Shown here: positions 13,513-26,100 of the stretch, piece after piece
Numbering within the stretch: the first letter of the stretch is position 1
How the letters are laid out: the number at the start of each line of letters is the position of its first letter
From: Eledone cirrhosa
Lineage: Eukaryota
DNA: 64,000 nt
Assembly (NCBI GenBank): GCA_964016885.1
Contig: OZ024744.1
Location: forward strand, 130,014,001-130,078,000
Direction: 5' to 3'
Program-made: the position numbers and the translations under genes
The notes under the pieces: generated by a model
Told to the model about the DNA's origin: nothing
Seen by the model: the letters and a program-made list of their open reading frames with translations, nothing else
Databases searched by the model: none

Positions 13513-16500
13513 GTTAAGTTAAGTTGGGGTTATGTTAAGTTGGGGTTAAGTTAAGTTGGGGTTAAGTTAAGTTGGGGTTAAGTTAAGTTGCGGTTAAGTT
13601 AAGTTGGGGTTAAATTAAGTTGGGGTTAAGTTAAGTTGGGATTAAGTTAAGTTGGGGTTAAGTTAGATTGTTGTTAAGTTAAGTTGGGGTTAAGTTAAGT
13701 TGGGGTTAATTTAAGTTGGGGTTAATTTAAGTTGGGTCTCAATTAAGTTGGGGTTAAGTTAAGTTGGGGTTAAGTTAAGTTGGGGTTAAGTTAAGTTGGG
13801 GTTAAATTAAGTTGGGGTTAAGTTAAGTTGGGGTTAAGTTAAGTTGGGGTTAAGTTAAGTTGGGTTTACGTTAAGTTGGGGGTAAGTTAAGTTGGTGGTA
13901 AGTTAAGTTGGGGGATAGTTAAGATGGGGTTAAGTTAAGTTGGGGTTAATTTAATTTGGGGTTAAGTTAAGTTAGGGTTAAGTTAAGTTGTGGTTGAGTT
14001 AAGTCGGGGTTCAGTTAAGTTGGGGTTATGTTAAGTTGGGGTTAAGTTAAGTTGGGGTTAAGTTAAGTTGGGGTTCAATTAAGTTGCGGGTAATTTAAGT
14101 TGGGGTTAAGTTAAGTTGGGGGTACGTTAAGTTGGGGGTAAGTTAAGTTGGGGTTAAGTTAAGTTGGGGTTAAGTTAAGTCGGGGTAAATTTAAGTTGCG
14201 GTTAAGTTAAGTTGGGGTTAAGTTAAGTTGGGGTTAAGTTAAGTTGGGATTAAGTTAAGTTGGGGTTAAGTTAAGTTGGGGTTGAGTTAAGTTGGGGTTA
14301 AGTTAGATTGTTGTTAAGTTATTTTGGGGTTAAGTTAAGTTGGGGTTAAGTTAAGTTGGGGTTAATTTAAGTTGGGGTTAAGTTAAGTGGGGGTTAAGTT
14401 GAGTTGGGGTTAAGTTAAGTTAGGGTTAAGTTAAGTTGGGGTTAAGTTAAGTTGGGGTTAAGATAAGTTGGGGTTAAGTTAAGTTGGGGTTGAGTTAAGT
14501 TCGGGTTGAGTTAATTTGGTGTTAACTTAAGTTGGGGTTAAGTTAAGTTGGGATTAAGTTAATTGGGGTTAAGTTAAGTTGGGGTTAAATTAAGTTCGGG
14601 TTAAGTTAAGTTCGGGTTAAGTTAACTTGGGGTTAAGTTAAGTTGGGGTTAAGTTAAGTTGGGGTTAAGTTAGGTTGGGGTTAAGTTATGTTGGGGGTAA
14701 GTTAAGTTGGGGGTAAGTTAAGTTGGGGGTAAGTTAAGTTGGGTCTAATTAAGTTGGGGTTAAGTTAAGTTGGGGTTAAGTTAAGTTGGGGGTAAGATAA
14801 GTTGGGGTTAGTTAAGTTGCGGTTAAGTTAAGTTGGGGTTAAGTTAAGTTGGGGTTAAGTTAAGTTGGGGTAAAGTTAAGTTGGGGGTAAGTTAAGTTGG
14901 GGGTAAGTTAAGTTGGGGGTAAGTTAAGTTGGGGTTAATTTAAGTTAGGTCTAATTAAGTTGGGGTTAAGTTAAGTTGGGGTTAAATTAAGTTGGGGTTA
15001 AGTTAAGTTGGGGTTAAGTTAAGTTGGGGTTAAGTTAAGTTGCGGTTAAGTTAAGTTGAGGTTAAGTTAAGTAGGGGTTAAATTATGTTGGGGTTAAGTT
15101 AAGTTCGGGTTAAGTTAAGTTGGGGTTAAGTTGAGTTGGGGATAAGTTAAGTTGGGGATAAGTTAAGTTGGGGTTAAGTTAAGTTGGGTTTAAGATAAGT
15201 TTGGGTTAAGTTAAGTTGGGGTTAAGTTAAGTTGGGGTTAAGTTAAGTTGGGGTTAAGTTAAGTTGGTTAGTTAAGTTGAGTTTAAGTTAAGTTGGGGTT
15301 AATTTAAGTTGGGGTTAAGTTAAGTTGGGGTTAAGTTAAGTTGGGGTTAAGTTAAGTTGGGGTTAAGTTAAGTTGCGGTTAAGTTAAGTTGAGGTTAAGT
15401 TAAGTTGGGGTTAAGTTAAGTTGGGGTTAAGTTAAGTTGGGGCTAAGTTAAGTTGGGGCTAAGTTAAGTTGGGGCTAAGTTAAGTTGGGGTTAATTTAAC
15501 TTTGGGTTATGTTAATTTGGGTTTGAGTTAAGTTGGGGTTAATTAAGTTGGGGTTAAGTTAAGTTGGGGTTAAGTTAAGTTGGGGTTAAGTTAAGTTGGG
15601 GTTAAGTTAAGTTGCGGTTAAGTTAAGTTGATGTTAAGTTAAGTTGATGTTAAGTTAAGTTGGGGTTAAGTTAAGTCGGGGTTAAGTTAAGGTGGGGTTA
15701 AGTTAAGTTGGGGTCAACTAAAGTTGGGGTTAAGTTAAGTTGGGGTTAACTTAAGTTGGGGTTAAGTTAAGTTGGGGTTAAGTTGGGGTTAAATTAAGTT
15801 GGGGTTAAGTTAAGTTGGGGTTAAATTAAGTTCGGGTTAAGTTAAGTTCGGGTTAAGTTAACTTGGGGTTAAGTTAAGTTGGGGTTAAGTTAAGTTGGGG
15901 TTAAGTTAGGTTGGGGTTAAGTTATGTTGGGGGTAAGTTAAGTTGGGGGTAAGTTAAGTTGGGGGTAAGTTAAGTTGGGTCTAATTAAGTTGGGGTTAAG
16001 TTAAGTTGGGGTTAAGTTAAGTTGGGGTTAAGTTAAGTTGGGGTTAAGTTAAGTTGGGGTTAGGTTAAGTTGGGGCTAAGTTAAGTTGGGGTTAAGTTAA
16101 GTTGGGGTTACGTTAAGTTGGGGGTAAGTTAAGTTGGTGGTAAGTTAAGTTGGGGGTAAGTTAAGATGGGGTTAAGTTAAGTTGGGGTTAATTTAATTTG
16201 GGGTTAAGTTAAGTTGGGGTTAAGTTAAGTTGGGGTTAAGTTAAGTTGGAGTTAAGTTAAGTTGGGGGTAAGTTAAGCTGGGGTTAAGTTAAGTTGGGGT
16301 TAAGATAAGTTGGGGTTAAGTTAAGTTGGGGTTGAGCTAAGTTGGGGTTGAGTTAATTTGGGGTTAAGTTAAGTTGGGGTTAAGTTAAGTTGGGTTTAAG
16401 TTAAGTTGGGGTTAAGTTAAGTTGGGGTTAAATTAAGTTGGGGTTAAGCTAAGTTGGGGTTAAGTTAAATTGAGGTTAAGTTAAGTTGGGGTTAATTTAA

Positions 16501-18470
16501 GTTGGGGTTAAGCTAAGTTGGGGTTAAGTTAAATTGAGGTTAAGTTAAGTTGGGGTTAAGTTAAGTTGGGGATAATTTAAGTTGGGGCTAAGTAAAGTTG
16601 GGGCTAAGTTAAGTGGGGGTTAAGTTAAGTTAGGGTTGAGTTAAGTTGGGGTTAAGTTAACTTTGGGTTAAGTTAAGTTGGGTTTGAGTTAAGTTGGGGT
16701 TAATTAAGTTGGGGTTAAGTTAAGTTGGGGTTAAGTTAAGTTGCGGTTAAGTTAAGTTGAGGTTAAGTTAAGTTGGGGTTAAGTGAAGTTGGGGTTAAGT
16801 TAAGTTGGGGCTAAGTTAAGTTGGGGTTAAGTTAAGTTGGGGTTAAGTTAAGGTGGGGTTTAGTTAAGTTGGGGTCAACTAAAGTTGGGGCTAAGTTAAG
16901 TTGGGGTTCACTTAAGTTGGGGTTAAGTTAAGTTGGGGTTAAGTTAGATTGTTGTTAAGTTAAGTTGGGGTTAAGTTAAGTTGGGGTTAATTTAAGTTGG
17001 GGTTAATTTAAGTTGGGTCTAATTAAGTTGGGGTTAAGTTAAGTTGGGGTTAAGTTAAGTTGGGGTTAAGTTAAGTTGGGGTTAAGTTAAGTTGGGTCTG
17101 CGTTAAGTTGGGGGTAAGTTAAGTTGGTGGTAAGTTAAGTTGGGGGATAGTTAAGATGGGGTTAAGTTAAGTTGGGGTTAATTTAATTTGGGGTTAAGTT
17201 AAGTTAGGGTTAAGTTAAGTTGGGGTTGAGTTAAGTCGGGGTTCAGTTAAGTTGGGGTTATGTTATGTTGGGGTTAAGTTAAGTTGGGGTTAAGTTAAGT
17301 TGGGGTTATGTTAAGTTGGGGTTAAGTTAAGTTGGGGTTAAGTTAAGTTGGGGTTAAGTTAAGTTGCGGTTAAGTTAAGTTGGGGTTAAATTAAGTTGGG
17401 GTTAAGTTAAGTTGGGATTAAGTTAAGTTGGGGTTAAGTTAGATTGTTGTTAAGTTAAGTTGGGGTTAAGTTAAGTTGGGGTTAATTTAAGTTGGGGTTA
17501 ATTTAAGTTGGGTCTAATTAAGTTGGGGTTAAGTTAAGTTGGGGTTAAGTTAAGTTGGGGTTAAGTTAAGTTGGGGTTAAATTAAGTTGGGGTTAAGTTA
17601 AGTTGGGGTTAAGTTAAGTTGGGGTTAAGTTAAGTTGGGTTTACGTTAAGTTGGGGGTAAGTTAAGTTGGTGGTAAGTTAAGTTGGGGGATAGTTAAGAT
17701 GGGGTTAAGTTAAGTTGGGGTTAATTTAATTTGGGGTTAAGTTAAGTTAGGGTTAAGTTAAGTTGGGGTTGAGTTAAGTCGGGGTTCAGTTAAGTTGGGG
17801 TTATGTTAAGTTGGGGTTAAGTTAAGTTGGGGTTAAGTTAAGTTGGGGTTCAATTAAGTTGCGGGTAATTTAAGTTGGGGTTAAGTTAAGTTGGGGGTAC
17901 GTTAAGTTGGGGGTAAGTTAAGTTGGGGTTAAGTTAAGTTGGGGTTAAGTTAAGTCGGGGTAAATTTAAGTTGCGGTTAAGTTAAGTTGGGGTTAAGTTA
18001 AGTTGGGGTTAAGTTAAGTTGGGATTAAGTTAAGTTGGGGTTAAGTTAAGTTGGGGTTGAGTTAAGTTGGGGTTAAGTTAGATTGTTGTTAAGTTATTTT
18101 GGGGTTAAGTTAAGTTGGGGTTAAGTTAAGTTGGGGTTAATTTAAGTTGGGGTTAAGTTAAGTGGGGGTTAAGTTGAGTTGGGGTTAAGTTAAGTTAGGG
18201 TTAAGTTAAGTTGGGGTTAAGTTAAGTTGGGGTTAAGATAAGTTGGGGTTAAGTTAAGTTGGGGTTGAGTTAAGTTCGGGTTGAGTTAATTTGGTGTTAA
18301 CTTAAGTTGGGGTTAAGTTAAGTTGGGATTAAGTTAATTGGGGTTAAGTTAAGTTGGGGTTAAATTAAGTTCGGGTTAAGTTAAGTTCGGGTTAAGTTAA
18401 CTTGGGGTTAAGTTAAGTTGGGGTTAAGTTAAGTTGGGGTTAAGTTAGGTTGGGGTTAAGTTATGTTGGG
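13513..18470 (+). repeat. Near-identical copy of 1-~4960 (offset 13,512 bp)
   Basis: The rare variant GGGTCTCAATTAAG is at 225 and 13737, TTGATG at 2118 and 15630, and TTAGATTGTTG at 151/13663 and 3927/17439. One difference was noticed: A3588 vs G17100. Confidence 0.9.
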
Positions 18471-20750
18471 GTTAAGTTAAGTTGGGGATAATTTAAGTTG
18501 GGGCTAAGTAAAGTTGGGGCTAAGTTAAGTGGGGGTTAAGTTAAGTTAGGGTTGAGTTAAGTTGGGGTTAAGTTAACTTTGGGTTAAGTTAAGTTGGGTT
18601 TGAGTTAAGTTGGGGTTAATTAAGTTGGGGTTAAGTTAAGTTGGGGTTAAGTTAAGTTGCGGTTAAGTTAAGTTGAGGTTAAGTTAAGTTGGGGTTAAGT
18701 GAAGTTGGGGTTAAGTTAAGTTGGGGCTAAGTTAAGTTGGGGTTAAGTTAAGTTGGGGTTAAGTTAAGGTGGGGTTTAGTTAAGTTGGGGTCAACTAAAG
18801 TTGGGGCTAAGTTAAGTTGGGGTTCACTTAAGTTGGGGTTAAGTTAAGTTGGGGTTAAGTTAGATTGTTGTTAAGTTAAGTTGGGGTTAAGTTAAGGTGG
18901 GGTTTAGTTAAGTTGGGGTCAACTAAAGTTGGGGCTAAGTTAAGTTGGGGTTAACTTAAGTTGGGGTTAAGTTAAGTTGGGGTTAAGTTGGGGTTAAATT
19001 AAGTTGGGGTTAAGTTAAGTTGGGGTTAAGTTAAATGGGGTTAAGTTAAGTTTCGGGTAATTTAAGTTGGGGTTAAGTTAAGTTGGGGTTAAGTTAAGTT
19101 GGGGGTAAGTTAAGTTGGGGGTAAGTTAAGTTGGGGGTAAGTTAAGTTGGGGTTAAGTTAAGTTGGGGTTAAGTTAAGTTGGGGTTAAGTTAAGTTAGGG
19201 TTAAGTTAAGTTGGGGTTGAGTTAAGTTGGGGTTAAGTTAAGTTGGGGTTATGTTAAGTTGGGGTTAAGTTAAGTTGGGGTTAAGTTAAGTTGGGGTTAA
19301 GTTAAGTTGCGGTTAAGTTAAGTTGGGGTTAAATTAAGTTGGGGTTAAGTTAAGTTGGGATTAAGTTAAGTTGGGGTTAAGTTAGATTGTTGTTAAGTTA
19401 AGTTGGGGTTAAGTTAAGTTGGGGTTAATTTAAGTTGGGGTTAATTTAAGTTGGGTCTCAATTAAGTTGGGGTTAAGTTAAGTTGGGGTTAAGTTAAGTT
19501 GGGGTTAAGTTAAGTTGGGGTTAAATTAAGTTGGGGTTAAGTTAAGTTGGGGTTAAGTTAAGTTGGGGTTAAGTTAAGTTGGGTTTACGTTAAGTTGGGG
19601 GTAAGTTAAGTTGGTGGTAAGTTAAGTTGGGGGATAGTTAAGATGGGGTTAAGTTAAGTTGGGGTTAATTTAATTTGGGGTTAAGTTAAGTTAGGGTTAA
19701 GTTAAGTTGTGGTTGAGTTAAGTCGGGGTTCAGTTAAGTTGGGGTTATGTTAAGTTGGGGTTAAGTTAAGTTGGGGTTAAGTTAAGTTGGGGTTCAATTA
19801 AGTTGCGGGTAATTTAAGTTGGGGTTAAGTTAAGTTGGGGGTACGTTAAGTTGGGGGTAAGTTAAGTTGGGGTTAAGTTAAGTTGGGGTTAAGTTAAGTC
19901 GGGGTAAATTTAAGTTGCGGTTAAGTTAAGTTGGGGTTAAGTTAAGTTGGGGTTAAGTTAAGTTGGGATTAAGTTAAGTTGGGGTTAAGTTAAGTTGGGG
20001 TTGAGTTAAGTTGGGGTTAAGTTAGATTGTTGTTAAGTTATTTTGGGGTTAAGTTAAGTTGGGGTTAAGTTAAGTTGGGGTTAATTTAAGTTGGGGTTAA
20101 GTTAAGTGGGGGTTAAGTTGAGTTGGGGTTAAGTTAAGTTAGGGTTAAGTTAAGTTGGGGTTAAGTTAAGTTGGGGTTAAGATAAGTTGGGGTTAAGTTA
20201 AGTTGGGGTTGAGTTAAGTTCGGGTTGAGTTAATTTGGTGTTAACTTAAGTTGGGGTTAAGTTAAGTTGGGATTAAGTTAATTGGGGTTAAGTTAAGTTG
20301 GGGTTAAATTAAGTTCGGGTTAAGTTAAGTTCGGGTTAAGTTAACTTGGGGTTAAGTTAAGTTGGGGTTAAGTTAAGTTGGGGTTAAGTTAGGTTGGGGT
20401 TAAGTTATGTTGGGGGTAAGTTAAGTTGGGGGTAAGTTAAGTTGGGGGTAAGTTAAGTTGGGTCTAATTAAGTTGGGGTTAAGTTAAGTTGGGGTTAAGT
20501 TAAGTTGGGGGTAAGATAAGTTGGGGTTAGTTAAGTTGCGGTTAAGTTAAGTTGGGGTTAAGTTAAGTTGGGGTTAAGTTAAGTTGGGGTAAAGTTAAGT
20601 TGGGGGTAAGTTAAGTTGGGGGTAAGTTAAGTTGGGGGTAAGTTAAGTTGGGGTTAATTTAAGTTAGGTCTAATTAAGTTGGGGTTAAGTTAAGTTGGGG
20701 TTAAATTAAGTTGGGGTTAAGTTAAGTTGGGGTTAAGTTAAGTTGGGGTT
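18470..20750 (+). repeat. Copy of ~12,750-15,030 (offset 5,719 bp), starting at a junction near 18,470
   Basis: GGGGATAATTT is at 12769 and 18488, and GGGTCTCAATT at 13737 and 19456 (both offset 5719). Confidence 0.85.
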
Positions 20751-20829
20751 AAGTTAAGTTGGGGTTAAGTTAAGTTGCGGTTAAGTTAAGTTGCGGTTAA
20801 GTTAAGTTGAGGTTAAGTTAAGTTGGGGT

Positions 20830-23800
20830 TAATTTAAGTTGGGGTTAAGTTAAGTTGGGGTTAAGTTAAGTTGGGGTTAAGTTAAGTTGGGGTTAAGTTA
20901 AGTTGCGGTTAAGTTAAGTTGAGGTTAAGTTAAGTTGGGGTTAAGTTAAGTTGGGGTTAAGTTAAGTTGGGGCTAAGTTAAGTTGGGGCTAAGTTAAGTT
21001 GGGGCTAAGTTAAGTTGGGGTTAATTTAACTTTGGGTTATGTTAATTTGGGTTTGAGTTAAGTTGGGGTTAATTAAGTTGGGGTTAAGTTAAGTTGGGGT
21101 TAAGTTAAGTTGGGGTTAAGTTAAGTTGGGGTTAAGTTAAGTTGCGGTTAAGTTAAGTTGATGTTAAGTTAAGTTGATGTTAAGTTAAGTTGGGGTTAAG
21201 TTAAGTCGGGGTTAAGTTAAGGTGGGGTTAAGTTAAGTTGGGGTCAACTAAAGTTGGGGTTAAGTTAAGTTGGGGTTAACTTAAGTTGGGGTTAAGTTAA
21301 GTTGGGGTTAAGTTGGGGTTAAATTAAGTTGGGGTTAAGTTAAGTTGGGGTTAAATTAAGTTCGGGTTAAGTTAAGTTCGGGTTAAGTTAACTTGGGGTT
21401 AAGTTAAGTTGGGGTTAAGTTAAGTTGGGGTTAAGTTAGGTTGGGGTTAAGTTATGTTGGGGGTAAGTTAAGTTGGGGGTAAGTTAAGTTGGGGGTAAGT
21501 TAAGTTGGGTCTAATTAAGTTGGGGTTAAGTTAAGTTGGGGTTAAGTTAAGTTGGGGTTAAGTTAAGTTGGGGTTAAGTTAAGTTGGGGTTAGGTTAAGT
21601 TGGGGCTAAGTTAAGTTGGGGTTAAGTTAAGTTGGGGTTACGTTAAGTTGGGGGTAAGTTAAGTTGGTGGTAAGTTAAGTTGGGGGTAAGTTAAGATGGG
21701 GTTAAGTTAAGTTGGGGTTAATTTAATTTGGGGTTAAGTTAAGTTGGGGTTAAGTTAAGTTGGGGTTAAGTTAAGTTGGAGTTAAGTTAAGTTGGGGGTA
21801 AGTTAAGCTGGGGTTAAGTTAAGTTGGGGTTAAGATAAGTTGGGGTTAAGTTAAGTTGGGGTTGAGCTAAGTTGGGGTTGAGTTAATTTGGGGTTAAGTT
21901 AAGTTGGGGTTAAGTTAAGTTGGGTTTAAGTTAAGTTGGGGTTAAGTTAAGTTGGGGTTAAATTAAGTTGGGGTTAAGCTAAGTTGGGGTTAAGTTAAAT
22001 TGAGGTTAAGTTAAGTTGGGGTTAATTTAAGTTGGGGTTAAGCTAAGTTGGGGTTAAGTTAAATTGAGGTTAAGTTAAGTTGGGGTTAAGTTAAGTTGGG
22101 GATAATTTAAGTTGGGGCTAAGTAAAGTTGGGGCTAAGTTAAGTGGGGGTTAAGTTAAGTTAGGGTTGAGTTAAGTTGGGGTTAAGTTAACTTTGGGTTA
22201 AGTTAAGTTGGGTTTGAGTTAAGTTGGGGTTAATTAAGTTGGGGTTAAGTTAAGTTGGGGTTAAGTTAAGTTGCGGTTAAGTTAAGTTGAGGTTAAGTTA
22301 AGTTGGGGTTAAGTGAAGTTGGGGTTAAGTTAAGTTGGGGCTAAGTTAAGTTGGGGTTAAGTTAAGTTGGGGTTAAGTTAAGGTGGGGTTTAGTTAAGTT
22401 GGGGTCAACTAAAGTTGGGGCTAAGTTAAGTTGGGGTTCACTTAAGTTGGGGTTAAGTTAAGTTGGGGTTAAGTTAGATTGTTGTTAAGTTAAGTTGGGG
22501 TTAAGTTAAGTTGGGGTTAATTTAAGTTGGGGTTAATTTAAGTTGGGTCTAATTAAGTTGGGGTTAAGTTAAGTTGGGGTTAAGTTAAGTTGGGGTTAAG
22601 TTAAGTTGGGGTTAAGTTAAGTTGGGTCTACGTTAAGTTGGGGGTAAGTTAAGTTGGTGGTAAGTTAAGTTGGGGGATAGTTAAGATGGGGTTAAGTTAA
22701 GTTGGGGTTAATTTAATTTGGGGTTAAGTTAAGTTAGGGTTAAGTTAAGTTGGGGTTGAGTTAAGTCGGGGTTCAGTTAAGTTGGGGTTATGTTATGTTG
22801 GGGTTAAGTTAAGTTGGGGTTAAGTTAAGTTGGGGTTATGTTAAGTTGGGGTTAAGTTAAGTTGGGGTTAAGTTAAGTTGGGGTTAAGTTAAGTTGCGGT
22901 TAAGTTAAGTTGGGGTTAAATTAAGTTGGGGTTAAGTTAAGTTGGGATTAAGTTAAGTTGGGGTTAAGTTAGATTGTTGTTAAGTTAAGTTGGGGTTAAG
23001 TTAAGTTGGGGTTAATTTAAGTTGGGGTTAATTTAAGTTGGGTCTAATTAAGTTGGGGTTAAGTTAAGTTGGGGTTAAGTTAAGTTGGGGTTAAGTTAAG
23101 TTGGGGTTAAATTAAGTTGGGGTTAAGTTAAGTTGGGGTTAAGTTAAGTTGGGGTTAAGTTAAGTTGGGTTTACGTTAAGTTGGGGGTAAGTTAAGTTGG
23201 TGGTAAGTTAAGTTGGGGGATAGTTAAGATGGGGTTAAGTTAAGTTGGGGTTAATTTAATTTGGGGTTAAGTTAAGTTAGGGTTAAGTTAAGTTGGGGTT
23301 GAGTTAAGTCGGGGTTCAGTTAAGTTGGGGTTATGTTAAGTTGGGGTTAAGTTAAGTTGGGGTTAAGTTAAGTTGGGGTTCAATTAAGTTGCGGGTAATT
23401 TAAGTTGGGGTTAAGTTAAGTTGGGGGTACGTTAAGTTGGGGGTAAGTTAAGTTGGGGTTAAGTTAAGTTGGGGTTAAGTTAAGTCGGGGTAAATTTAAG
23501 TTGCGGTTAAGTTAAGTTGGGGTTAAGTTAAGTTGGGGTTAAGTTAAGTTGGGATTAAGTTAAGTTGGGGTTAAGTTAAGTTGGGGTTGAGTTAAGTTGG
23601 GGTTAAGTTAGATTGTTGTTAAGTTATTTTGGGGTTAAGTTAAGTTGGGGTTAAGTTAAGTTGGGGTTAATTTAAGTTGGGGTTAAGTTAAGTGGGGGTT
23701 AAGTTGAGTTGGGGTTAAGTTAAGTTAGGGTTAAGTTAAGTTGGGGTTAAGTTAAGTTGGGGTTAAGATAAGTTGGGGTTAAGTTAAGTTGGGGTTGAGT

Positions 23801-26100
23801 TAAGTTCGGGTTGAGTTAATTTGGTGTTAACTTAAGTTGGGGTTAAGTTAAGTTGGGATTAAGTTAATTGGGGTTAAGTTAAGTTGGGGTTAAATTAAGT
23901 TCGGGTTAAGTTAAGTTCGGGTTAAGTTAACTTGGGGTTAAGTTAAGTTGGGGTTAAGTTAAGTTGGGGTTAAGTTAGGTTGGGGTTAAGTTATGTTGGG
24001 GGTAAGTTAAGTTGGGGGTAAGTTAAGTTGGGGGTAAGTTAAGTTGGGTCTAATTAAGTTGGGGTTAAGTTAAGTTGGGGTTAAGTTAAGTTGGGGGTAA
24101 GATAAGTTGGGGTTAGTTAAGTTGCGGTTAAGTTAAGTTGGGGTTAAGTTAAGTTGGGGTTAAGTTAAGTTGGGGTAAAGTTAAGTTGGGGGTAAGTTAA
24201 GTTGGGGGTAAGTTAAGTTGGGGGTAAGTTAAGTTGGGGTTAATTTAAGTTAGGTCTAATTAAGTTGGGGTTAAATTAAGTTGGGGTTAAATTAAGTTGG
24301 GGTTAAGTTAAGTTGGGGTTAAGTTAAGTTGGGGTTAAGTTAAGTTGCGGTTAAGTTAAGTTGAGGTTAAGTTAAGTAGGGGTTAAATTATGTTGGGGTT
24401 AAGTTAAGTTCGGGTTAAGTTAAGTTGGGGTTAAGTTGAGTTGGGGATAAGTTAAGTTGGGGATAAGTTAAGTTGGGGTTAAGTTAAGTTGGGTTTAAGA
24501 TAAGTTTGGGTTAAGTTAAGTTGGGGTTAAGTTAAGTTGGGGTTAAGTTAAGTTGGGGCTAAGTTAAGTTGGGGCTAAGTTAAGTTGGGGCTAAGTTAAG
24601 TTGGGGTTAAGTTAACTTTGGGTTATGTTAATTTGGGTTTGAGTTAAGTTGGGGTTAATTAAGTTGGGGTTAAGTTAAGTTGGGGTTAAGTTAAGTTGGG
24701 GTTAAGTTAAGTTGGGGTTAAGTTAAGTTGCGGTTAAGTTAAGTTGATGTTAAGTTAAGTTGATGTTAAGTTAAGTTGGGGTTAAGTTAAGTCGGGGTTA
24801 AGTTAAGGTGGGGTTAAGTTAAGTTGGGGTCAACTAAAGTTGGGGTTAAGTTAAGTTGGGGTTAAGTTGGGGTTAAATTAAGTTGGGGTTAAGTTAAGTT
24901 GGGGTTAAATTAAGTTCGGGTTAAGTTAAGTTCGGGTTAAGTTAACTTGGGGTTAAGTTAAGTTGGGGTTAAGTTAAGTTGGGGTTAAGTTAGGTTGGGG
25001 TTAAGTTATGTTGGGGGTAAGTTAAGTTGGGGGTAAGTTAAGTTGGGGGTAAGTTAAGTTGGGTCTAATTAAGTTGGGGTTAAGTTAAGTTGGGGTTAAG
25101 TTAAGTTGGGGTTAAGTTAAGTTGGGGTTAAGTTAAGTTGGGGTTAGGTTAAGTTGGGGCTAAGTTAAGTTGGGGTTAAGTTAAGTTGGGGTTACGTTAA
25201 GTTGGGGGTAAGTTAAGTTGGTGGTAAGTTAAGTTGGGGGTAAGTTAAGATGGGGTTAAGTTAAGTTGGGGTTAATTTAATTTGGGGTTAAGTTAAGTTG
25301 GGGTTAAGTTAAGTTGGGGTTAAGTTAAGTTGGAGTTAAGTTAAGTTGGGGGTAAGTTAAGCTGGGGTTAAGTTAAGTTGGGGTTAAGATAAGTTGGGGT
25401 TAAGTTAAGTTGGGGTTGAGCTAAGTTGGGGTTGAGTTAATTTGGGGTTAAGTTAAGTTGGGGTTAAGTTAAGTTGGGTTTAAGTTAAGTTGGGGTTAAG
25501 TTAAGTTGGGGTTAAATTAAGTTGGGGTTAAGCTAAGTTGGGGTTAAGTTAAATTGAGGTTAAGTTAAGTTGGGGTTAATTTAAGTTGGGGTTAAGCTAA
25601 GTTGGGGTTAAGTTAAATTGAGGTTAAGTTAAGTTGGGGTTAAGTTAAGTTGGGGATAATTTAAGTTGGGGCTAAGTAAAGTTGGGGCTAAGTTAAGTGG
25701 GGGTTAAGTTAAGTTAGGGTTGAGTTAAGTTGGGGTTAAGTTAACTTTGGGTTAAGTTAAGTTGGGTTTGAGTTAAGTTGGGGTTAATTAAGTTGGGGTT
25801 AAGTTAAGTTGGGGTTAAGTTAAGTTGCGGTTAAGTTAAGTTGAGGTTAAGTTAAGTTGGGGTTAAGTTAAGTTGGGGTTAAGTTAAGGTGGGGTTTAGT
25901 TAAGTTGGGGTCAACTAAAGTTGGGGCTAAGTTAAGTTGGGGTTCACTTAAGTTGGGGTTAAGTTAAGTTGGGGTTAAGTTAGATTGTTGTTAAGTTAAG
26001 TTGGGGTTAAGTTAAGTTGGGGTTAATTTAAGTTGGGGTTAATTTAAGTTGGGTCTAATTAAGTTGGGGTTAAGTTAAGTTGGGGTTAAGTTAAGTTGGG
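20830..26100 (+). repeat. Copy of ~1,790-7,090 (offset 19,042, becoming 19,010 after a 32-bp deletion near 24,850)
   Basis: TTGATG is at 2118/21160 and 5704/24746, and TTCACTTAAG at 6935/25945. The double-TTAAA variant is shared at 5229/24271, as is the shortened HOR copy. Confidence 0.82.
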
